Notes under the pieces: model-generated
Databases searched by the model: none
Told to the model about the DNA's origin: nothing
Seen by the model: the letters and a program-made list of their open reading frames with translations, nothing else
Shown: in pieces, positions 54,404 to 64,000 of the stretch
Layout: every line of letters starts with the position of its first letter
How positions within the stretch are numbered: the stretch's first letter is position 1
Origin: Magallana gigas
Taxonomy: Eukaryota
Length of the DNA: 64,000 nt
Direction: 5' to 3'
Assembly: GCF_963853765.1 (NCBI RefSeq)
Contig: NC_088858.1
Coordinates: 22,506,001-22,570,000, forward strand
Position numbers and translations under genes: made by a program

Positions 54404-55576
54404 CAATCAAGAAAGTGTATCCTGATTCAACTGTAAATTAAAAATCGTTCTTAAAGTTCTTAAAGTTAAGTCCCCTTCTCCCCCACCGTTATTTAAAACT
54501 ATCTAACCCATAAATAACTAAAAAATTAGGGCGAATAAAGGTACTGTATACTACAATGATTCGTTATTTTATAAACACCTCTATGATTTAATTACAAAAC
54601 AATATTTCTGCTTTGTATATAAGATAGTTCGTAAATTGGTTATTCAAGATTAAGCTAAGAAAACAGCTCAATAATAGGCAGATCTGCAGTTCTCTGTTTC
54701 TTGTGCAATATGCAAGATTTAACTGATGTTATATTTTTTGAGTCAATATCTTTGAAAGATCACGAATAAAGCAGACAACACACAATTAAGCATTTTGGAA
54801 GCGGATGCCTTGATTTTAATGTAGATCGGAAGAAATTTGTGACGAGTATATTTACACTTTACAGCTTTTGTGACCACCAAACGCAGTTTTGATCTATTTT
54901 GAACTAGGATCTTTATACTATTTGTTAGAAGTTTGGGTAAAATTGAAGTTTTTAAGAAACTTGCGCTCTCTTTTCTAAATCAAATGTACTAGGTCAATTA
55001 AGATATGGTAAGCTGTCTTTCTGACATATGTTTAAAAAACTGTAGAAATTTAGAATAAGAGATCGTGAACAACTGTTACTTACACGTGCACGTATTCTGT
55101 ACAATGATATTGCCTTCACGTTTTATATTGAATATTTTAGTTTACCGGGGTTTTTTCCCAGTTGTGTAAAAAAATGCATCTCCCCGTTCTCACTTTCCTT
55201 TCTTTCTCTCAAAAAGAACTTGTATATCGTATTTAATTTTGCTTTATGTACATGTACTAATTGCACAAGTTTTTTTCTGGTTTTTTTTTGCCTTTTCACC
55301 GCATAAATGTCTCAGTGTGAATTGAAATAAAAGTAGTTTAGTTCACTCATTACAATATACATGTACATGTATAACTGAAATAAAAGTGTTAATCATGTGT
55401 GAAAAAAAAATAAGAAAAAAGATCATCGAAATTAAAATGTACTAAGTAAATGTTCATTATTTTTATGTTTAAACAAACACAAAATACGTGTGTCATAAAG
55501 TTGGTATATTTAAATTATTTATGATTACATTAAATTAGATTTTGAAAAATTGCATTTCCAAATAAGAAGGTTAAAT

Positions 55577-55777
55577 TGGTCAGCAATTTAACCGTCAGAT
55601 CTACCAATATCTCTCAGATATGCTTTGTTTACCCATGGACTTTTATTTAGAATTTTAAAAATCCATAAATTTTACATTTTAATTTGGGTATTTTTTACAT
55701 ATTTTTATATAGAGCTCTTCTTTTGAATGAGATCAATACAGTCCAAAAATGGCCAAGACCATCGAGCCCTCTTAATG
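55577..55777 (-). repeat. Interspersed repeat, copy 2 (homologous to 5143-5385)
   Basis: Reverse complement aligns with the Csk-intron copy. Confidence 0.75.
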
Positions 55778-56362
55778 TAAAAATATATGAACTTTACCTG
55801 TAATGACCTCTTGATTGCCATACATAACGACGTAATTATACATGTAATTCATTTGGCAAAACATCGGTTTCGCATTTAACTGATTTGTACTTTAATATGC
55901 TTTAAAGTAAGTGCACGTGCAATGAAATCAAAACACACTCAACGTAAAGCAAGGGAGCTTCGCACCTATCTTACATGTAATTCGGATTTGAAAATTTCTG
56001 ATATAATTGTCTGAAGATAAAGATATCATAGTACAGAGCGTATAAGGATAGTCGCCGTACACCGATGACGTTATTTCTGGATTGCTACCGTTTTGTTTGA
56101 AGTCTATACAGTTTATAATTCAGTTTTTCATAAAGATTTCATTTTGAAGCTCTTTCTTACTTTGTTATTAATCATCTTTTTTAATTATATTTATCATATA
56201 GATCTATTTTCTTGTATGACAGAAGAGTTTTATATTAAATTTCTCTTCTGTGTGAATGTAGCCTTCTAACTTTGTTGATGACGTAATATGCAAGCTTTAA
56301 CTTTCTGTCTTTCTTCTTTATGTAAAAGTAAGACAAGGACTTTCATACCATCTTTAAAGAAC

Positions 56363-56365
<3 letters not shown>

Positions 56366-56406
<41 letters not shown>
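56366..56406. repeat. (CT)n microsatellite
   Basis: Directly visible. Confidence 0.95.
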
Positions 56407-56409
<3 letters not shown>

Positions 56410-56899
56410 AGAGCGATATCTTATGTCAACACCTTGATGCATGACATTTCTTTGCGCATGTCCGGGCTACGTTACCTATTATTCAAAAAGAAAAGTAGTA
56501 GGTAGGGTTTCTCCCTCACGTTTTTGGTTCAGATTTTATAACAAATATTTATGGAAATCCAGTAAGGATTAAAATCAATGTATCTACACTCCCAGGTTGC
56601 ATACATGTATATCTGCATTCATCTGTACAGGTTAAGTTTCGTTTTGCCGATTTATTATTTTTATAGACAATGCTGAAAGTTTAACATGTGTGTAATGTAA
56701 CTACACATAGAACTTAATTTAGGTAATTTATTGAAAAAAGTTTTACAAGTTATACACTTATATGCATAATTCTGTGTTCTGAAATTGTATTAAACGAGAA
56801 TGTTTTAAGAATTTCTTGATAAATTTATCAGACTGTTTGTCTGTTTGTGAAAATTTCATCCAGGGTAAACCTCTGTTTTAGAGAAATTTTGTTTCCGAT

Positions 56900-57340
56900 G
56901 TTTTATAGCCCGATTTTTAAAATCCTATTATAATAATTATAGTGCATGTTGTTTAGGGTCAAATGTCTCATAAGCTAGAGATGACCATATCACTATATTT
57001 TTATAGTGGCAGTGGTTTACCACTTGAAGATGATTCTGAAAATTTCAGCCCTCAGGGTAGGGGCCCTTGATGTTTCAGGGCCCGATGTTTAAAACCCCAT
57101 TATAATGATTGAATAGTGTTCTATAAGTGGGGACCCGAATCTCAAATTCTAGAAATGACCAATTAACCATCTTTTCACAGTGTTAGTGGTATACCACTAG
57201 TAGATGACACCGAACATTTAACCCCCCATGCAGGGTAGGAGCCTTTGTTGTTTTTGAGCCCGATGTTTGAAATCCAATTATAAAGAATATGTAATTTTTA
57301 GGGCCCCATATCTCAAAAACTATATATGACCACATGAACA
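56900..57340. repeat. Degenerate ~175-bp tandem repeat, about 3 units (probable old HINE satellite array)
   Basis: Anchor cccgat.ttt.aaa.cc.attata near 56909, 57081 and 57259. Confidence 0.6.
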
Positions 57341-58744
57341 TATTTTTACGGTCATTTAAAAGTAAAAACATCATTAAAAATACACAATCACTCATATATA
57401 TCTTTATCAAGATGATTGAAAATTACGTTTTAATTCTGCTGCTTTTTTTTAAATTTACGAACAAAATTTTTTTAAAAAGTACGCGCGTAAAATTCATTAT
57501 TTTTCAAAACAGTTAACCAATTCATAAGATGACTAATGATATAATAAATAATTAGATAAATAGATCAATGAACTTTTATTTATAAAAGGAGAAACCGAAA
57601 ATCAAAAATAAATAACCAACCTAAGCGCATATACGACTTTTTTACTTGTTAGTTGATTAGAAGAACAAGCTTATATTTAAAAAAAAAGTCAGCTCATCAC
57701 AATATATGTGTTGGTTGAAATAATATGGTACACAAGTAAATCTTTATTGCAAAAATATGAAACAAATAGTATAATTTTTTAGGTAATGGAATCGTATATC
57801 TTGATTTATATAGCATCGTTTTCAAAATTGTATATTTATAAATCACGTTGCAAACTTAAAAAGGGAAAAATTAGCAAATAGTGAGTGACAATATAAACAT
57901 AAAGTTAGTTCAGGCTCCATTTCACATTTTCCAAAGTAACCAGCAAAGATACCGACATTGTTCTGGTTGTGAAGACATTTCATTGTTTCATAAAATATTT
58001 ACATCATAATATCTCGCGTTTCGTAGAAATGTGCTTAAAATATGAATATGCGTAAATTTAAAACGAAATGGTGAACACTAACTTTACACATGCTTTTAAT
58101 ACATAATTAAAATACCCCTTGACCATGATTTAGAACCCCATCAATCAAAGTAAAACTAAAACATTTCAGTTTCTCATTATATCATTGCATCCTGTCTCCC
58201 GTTTGATATTTAGAAGAAGAAATATATACTAGTAATTGTTTTTAAGATCGTCAATTCTAGCGGTATTAATTTAAAATTGATGGCCTTTTGGACAAAAGGA
58301 GTGATACATTTCCACTTTCTATTCCCTTCCTCTACAAAATTAAGTCAAGATTGGTCAGTTAGTTCCCTGGGAGAAGCTCATAGATTAATGGTAATACATT
58401 TCCAAACCGGCGTATTTTCACTCAAATGTGTTCTTACATGTTCATAACGTCGAAGTCAAAACTGTAGATAAGAATCGATTAGATGAAAAAGATTCAAGGT
58501 ATTCCGAAATCCGTGTAAAAGGTGTTGCAAAAAGGGGTGAGAACAGGTGAAATAAACGATGATGACACATGCATGTTATGAAGGCGCATGCCTTAGTTCA
58601 TATTTGGGGTTGAAAAACCATGTATTTTATTCTAGGTATTAATAAATGCCATAATTATCCTTTTTTGTGAGAAATTACTATCATATCAGTTATTGCAAAT
58701 TATTGTCACGAATGGTCCGCAATAAACATGGCTGGAAAGTAAAA

Positions 58745-58941
58745 ATGGGGGAAAATTCACTATATAGTAGGTTTTCCGTGGGGGTAATCTGGCTATAAAA
58801 AGGGGGAACGCCCACTATATAGTCAGCTTTCCGTGGGGGAAAAACTGCTATATAGCCATTTTTCCGGGGGGAAGAACTGCTATATAGCCATTTTTCCGGG
58901 GGGAAAGATGGCTAGGGGAAAAAGGCACTATATAACACTGG
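58745..58941. repeat. Array of ~33-bp ggggaa..ctatatagcc subrepeats (transposon end fragment)
   Basis: ctatata(g) recurs with ttttccg(t/g)ggggg; ends in cactatataacactgg. Confidence 0.65.
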
Positions 58942-59552
58942 TTCGAAATGAATGGGATTTGTAATATCAAACTTTCTCCTTGAAGAAAAAAGCTTACTGT
59001 TGCGCATGAACGATTGTGTAGATTATTAATCAGGATGGATAACTGACCTGGAATGTGTGGTGTAACATTACTTTTGTATCAACCCTTGAGTTGATTCATT
59101 TGGAGAAATATCAAAGGGTTTCACAACAGGTGAGCACGGATAAAAGAAGCCCTGCAGGCATTCACACCTGTGCTAATCAGAATACACCCCTGAGCTGAGA
59201 AAGAAAAAAACGTCTCCGCTGTATAGTATTCTTCGCAACTAAGATTGTCTTTTTAGCTTGTGCTTTGTTTAAATTTCAGTAGATCAGAAACTTATGATTA
59301 TATACTAATAATCTATAAGTCTCGAAGTAAATTTATCACTAGTTTAAGATAAATAATAAAAGGTCGCATATGTGGATTACCATAAAAGAGGGTATACGTT
59401 GACAATGTAGTGTACATACGTAGCTATGGTAGATATAAGGGCGTGAAAAGACAAATGAAATTAATTAGATGATACGTGTACCTATAATTAAAAAGCATGT
59501 TTTAATTGACTACCGGTGAAGTGTTTAAAAAAGCAATGAAAGTGATAATGTA

Positions 59553-59556
<4 letters not shown>

Positions 59557-59602
<46 letters not shown>

Positions 59603-59611
59603 TCTATCTCT
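59557..59611. repeat. Interrupted (TC)n microsatellite
   Basis: Directly visible. Confidence 0.95.
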
Positions 59612-60222
59612 TCATAATGTGCATGCAATATTGCTAAAAATATTTTTATGTTTATTCCCGACAGTATTTGATCACCTCATTATTCTCAAAGACTTATTCC
59701 CTCTTTTTTAAATCAATCGTACAATATTTTTATATGTATATCATATGTAGTATACAGTATACATGTAATTAAACAAGGATTTGGTAACAAGTAAACTCTT
59801 AATAAGTAAATCCGTTTTCATCGATAAAGTTTACAAATTTCAAATTTTTGATATGTCCAAGTTATGATTTCTCTGAAAGCACATTTATGAAAAATTAAAG
59901 GCTGAACTGATATATTATGATACATAAATTGCGTTGAGGAAGAAAATAACAACGGTTTGTTCCCGTTTTGCACACATTTGAAAATTAAGTATCGAAAAAA
60001 TGTGTGGGAAACGGGAATTTGACCAGGTGAGTTAATTGCATAATTGCTATAGTCTATATCACAGTTCCTGTGAGGGCTATTGACAATGAAATATTAAGTA
60101 AAACATATGCATGTACTCCCAATTGATATTTACATCTATTTTATGTTACAATATGAATTGCATAAAAGCACATTTACATTTGCAATTGACCTGCATGTTT
60201 TTGAATTTAATTTCAAACATCA

Positions 60223-60316
60223 ATCTGGTCATGAACAATTTCATTAAATCATTTAAACAAGAAAGGTTATCTGGTCATGAACAATTTCATTAAATCATTT
60301 AAACAAGAAAGGTTAT
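60223..60316. repeat. Perfect 46-bp tandem duplication
   Basis: atctggtcatgaacaatttcattaaatcatttaaacaagaaaggtt occurs twice. Confidence 0.95.
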
Positions 60317-60540
60317 TGCAAAAATGTTGGATATGTAATGCTTTTGTTTTACTCTGTCTATAGGAAATACATGTACATGTTAGAAGTTTGAAGAGAAAAT
60401 ATATTTTAATATTCAATTATTGCTGACATAAATTGAGGAAATGTGTCTAGTGAAAACGCTGCTAAATATTTTTCATTTATGCTGTGGCTTGAATATTCGA
60501 AGACAAAAGACAAACTGTATGATGATATGATAATCATGTT

Positions 60541-60738
60541 TTTAGCTACCGATTTGGAAAAAAACATAAAAGTGACCCGCAATATATACTAAAGCGGTGA
60601 CGTCATAAGAACTTATCGAATCAATATCAAAATTATTATTTTTGTCGGAAATTTTTGTCCTTCATGTATTTAGCTACTGATGTGAAAAATCAGAAAGTGA
60701 TCCGCAATATATACTAAAGCGGTGATATCATAAGAACT
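60541..60738. repeat. Imperfect ~70-bp direct repeat, 128 bp apart
   Basis: tttagctac...aaagtga.ccgcaatatatactaaagcggtga..tcataagaact at 60541 and 60669. Confidence 0.8.
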
Positions 60739-60754
60739 ACTGTCAAAGCCGCTA

Positions 60755-61445
60755 CTTTCAATTCTTTATTCGCTCAAGACCAGTTCACTGGTATTTGAGG
60801 TTCAAAATCAGTATATACAAATGTACACGAATACAGTCAATGATCACATGTACAGTAGAAGTAATAATGACAAAAAAAAGTTAAAATCACAATACAATAG
60901 GTTGTTAAAGTTGGTTTCTGGAAGAACAGACTTTGAAAATTTTCTTAATAAATATTGACAAGTTTTTTAGTTTTTCTACATTAAAAGTATTCATGAGCTC
61001 GTTAAATTTTATAATATTTGGGTTTTCATAATATCTCTTGGGTAAAAACATTTTTCTGTCGTTTACATTCTAAAATATAATGAAATTCATCCCCAATACT
61101 AATAGAATCACACATTGTACATTTTCTTAAATGTTTTTCAATATTATGCCATCTACCTGTTTCAATGGGGAATCGATGATTACATGTTCGTAATTTTGTA
61201 AACGTGATCCGTAGATCTGTAGGTAAAATCAACAAGTACTTTTCTAAATTGAGATTTGTTTTAAAAATTCTATAATTAATACATTTTGGTGAGTTATCTA
61301 CAATACTTCTCCAATCTTGTACAAATTGATTTTGTAATATTTCTTTAACTATTGACTTAAGCCAGTTATAACTACATATTGTTTGATTTTCTACTTCAAA
61401 GATTGAAATATTTTGTGAGAAAGATCTGTTTCCTTTCATAATATT
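60755..61445 (-). mobile_element. 5'-truncated, frameshifted LINE (CR1/L2-group-like) 3' end
   Basis: ORF 61026-61439 contains KLRTCNHRFPIETGRW...RKCTMC...DEFHYILEC, the C-terminal Cys/His region of non-LTR ORF2. It continues in another frame (LPKRYYENPNIIKFNELMN) and ends in a gaataaagaattgaaa tail. Confidence 0.8.
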
Positions 61446-62433
61446 TTTTTGTTGATACCAATCAACTAATTATAAACATGCATGCGTTTTACACATTTTG
61501 CAACCAAGATTTAAAAAGAGACACGGCGTACCACATCATCTTCACAACGTCTTGACTTTGTGAAGATGATCAGTGAGTGGAAATTTAAGACTAAACATAT
61601 CATTATCTTTTTTTTATCAAATGAAAAAATAGTGATAGTTATTTGTTATCATACCTAAAACACAACAAAATATCTATATTCTTCTTGTTTCATCGTTAAG
61701 GGCGCTGATAAAACACAGGTAAAAATCCAGGTAAAATTTTTGACTGAAAGCAGACTATAATTGCTATCACAACACAAATCACACCTATTGTTCTATACTC
61801 AATTATCAAATGTGTGCAAAACGGGAACACACCATAACAACATGTAGGTCCAAGGTGCATAATTTGTGATAAAATTGCTATGTTACAACGCACTTTAAAG
61901 CGGAAATATATTTGAAAACTGCCTAAAAAACAATATCCTTGCGGTTTAAAGAAAAATATGTATCTCCATGGAGTAAAATATTGATGTCATTATCAAACGG
62001 GAAAGTGTCTAAGAGTAGCAGTCTTGCATTGGTATAGATCAGTAACTCATTATGCAGATAATTGATACTAATATTAATACTTGCTTTGATTTACCCCGAT
62101 GATCTTAAAATTATGGCTCAAGAAAAGGTCCGCTCGTTGAAAAAAAACCCCAATATGTCAGTTCATGTTGTTAAACAAGGAATTAAGTACTAGTAAGTAA
62201 ATACGTATTGGTAATGTATTGATATTTATCGATAAATATTTTTTATATTCAGAGGGTAGAACACAATATCATAGTTCAAGAAAAAGGTCCGCACTATTGA
62301 AATGCAGTATGCGAAAAAAATTCACAGAATATTGATACTATGACCTTTTATTTCAGAGGTACATTGTAGGACCCAATATTATAGTTCAAGAATAGGTCCG
62401 CCTCGTTAAAAGAACTGCATAGTCGTACATGGA

Positions 62434-62756
62434 ATAGGCGTCGGAACCGGGGGGGGGGGGGGCTTACCCCCCCCCCCCCCACACACACACACTTTATTTG
62501 CAAAGTTAGACCTAACCATTAGGCAAATAGCATCAGGGAGAGGCCACTCCCCCCCCCCACACTTTTTCTCGCAGCAAACATAATTGTTCCTAATTTTACC
62601 TTAAAAAGAATGGAATATTAATAGTGATATTGAGAATTGGAGATTATACTAGCCCCCCCCCCCCTTCCCCCCTTGGATAAGGATTTGAAACTTAGGAATT
62701 TCATGAATTGGTAAGAAATTTTTTTGGTATTTTTTTTTGGGGGGGGGGAGAGTTAC

Positions 62757-62758
<2 letters not shown>
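62434..62758. mobile_element. MITE-like fragment (ataggcgtcggaacc... with poly-G/poly-C tracts)
   Basis: GC-tract-rich segment sharing sequence with 48116-48440. Confidence 0.5.

Positions 62759-62802
<44 letters not shown>
62759..62802. repeat. (CT)n microsatellite
   Basis: Directly visible. Confidence 0.95.
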
Positions 62803-62806
<4 letters not shown>

Positions 62807-64000
62807 GAGCGAGACCCAGTACAAGTACATGTTTATGTACATGTATTGTGTCCCTAAAAAAGACCATAAAATTAGAGTAATGTTAAGCAAGAGAAGTAGT
62901 AAAACATATTTAAATTTACTTTTATCCGACCACTTTTTAAAAATGTGACAAATGCATGGAATCAATCGCAGCAAACGATTGTCCGTTCCGTTGAAATAAT
63001 CTAGATTTGCCCTCTATGTATTACAGTATCGATTTTCATCTAATGGCATTAAGAAATGCTTGTCATGATGTTGACACGATATTAGTGAAAAAAATTATTA
63101 ATGATATATGTGGGGTACCAGGCAGGCAGAAATCTAGAATAAAATTTTACCGGGATGTGAATATTTGCCTTTTTCACACAAAATATTTAATATTTTCCAC
63201 AGGTGGTTGAAGACAAGACCCAGCGCCCCCCCCCCCCCCTCTAAATCCTCGGTATAGTTGACTTTTTAGATAGAGATTTCTTTGAAGGCATGTACACAAC
63301 ATGTTCCATTATAAATATGTAAATGAAAATAAACGATTAATGTAAAACACCCCAATTGCATTTGAAAAGAGGATCCTTTAGTGCACGTTGGAGTTGTTTT
63401 AAATAAATCGTTTATTTTCAATCAATATTCAGATATTCGATATAGTACATGTTGTGTACATGACTTTAAACGAATTTCTATAAAAAAAAAAGTGTCAACT
63501 ACCCCGGGAGTCCATATCGAGGGGGATCCTGTCTTCAAGCCCCTGTGATATTTTCTTTCTAAGAAGAAAATCGCCTTAAATTCTTTGCTAGATGCAAAAT
63601 GCACAAACAGCTGAGGGAATATGGCTCTTTACTAATCTTACATGTTTTCAATTTCTTATAAACAAATCAATTTCTTTGGATACTCCCCCTCTTAGATTAT
63701 AACAAAGGCAAAGGTCCGATCCAAAAATAAAATTATAGAAATGAAGAATCGAAAAAATGAACAATTTATCATAAACAATTTCGCATAACTTACACATACA
63801 ATGTATATGCCCTAGTGCAAATAAAAATAGTAATGATAAACCGCTTGCAGGTATCGTTGTTATTGAATTGTATAATTTATGATATTTGATTTTAATATGG
63901 GTAACGTTTTTAAGCTTGTATCATATTGGAAAGATGCGCAAAAAGGGGACGTGTGAAATTTCCATTGTTTACATTACCATTTCAAACAGTCAAACACCTG

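Noticed and set aside
54404-55400. SECIS element that would make the SLC46 TGA a selenocysteine codon
   Set aside because: The ATGA at 54556 and the GTGA candidates lack the required spacing to AA and GA and lack a pairing helix II.
62100-62410. Three degenerate copies of a tcaagaa.aggtccgc motif
   Set aside because: Short, irregularly spaced and diverged; most likely a decayed tandem repeat with no functional evidence.

Overview
This is AT-rich metazoan genomic DNA, very probably from an oyster (Crassostrea/Magallana-like; inferred from repeat families and gene style). Five spliced protein-coding genes could be rebuilt by hand with phase-consistent GT-AG junctions. They are: (1) Csk (C-terminal Src kinase), minus, 1577-16557; (2) an uncharacterised ~251-aa protein, minus, 20176-24044; (3) a TM6SF1/2-family membrane protein, plus, 24443-28134, head-to-head with (2); (4) the nuclear receptor NR2E3/PNR/Hr51, minus, 29536-36691; (5) an SLC46-family MFS transporter, plus, 52103-54403, carrying an in-frame TGA. 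The main finding is that Csk has two alternative exons (220 and 226 nt, about 55% identical), each encoding most of the SH2 domain. Their phases make both double inclusion and double skipping frameshifting, so this looks like a mutually exclusive SH2-swap cassette. Also notable: an upstream frame in the first NR2E3 coding exon is one nucleotide out of frame at an A8 run, and a ~10-copy 100-bp tandem array carries a 22-bp hairpin in every unit. Introns and intergenic DNA hold many non-autonomous transposons (HINE/Helentron-like, MITEs, one TIR element with a 6-bp TSD), a LINE 3' fragment and microsatellites. No tRNA, rRNA or CRISPR array was found. All comparisons to human or fly proteins are from memory, not from a database search.
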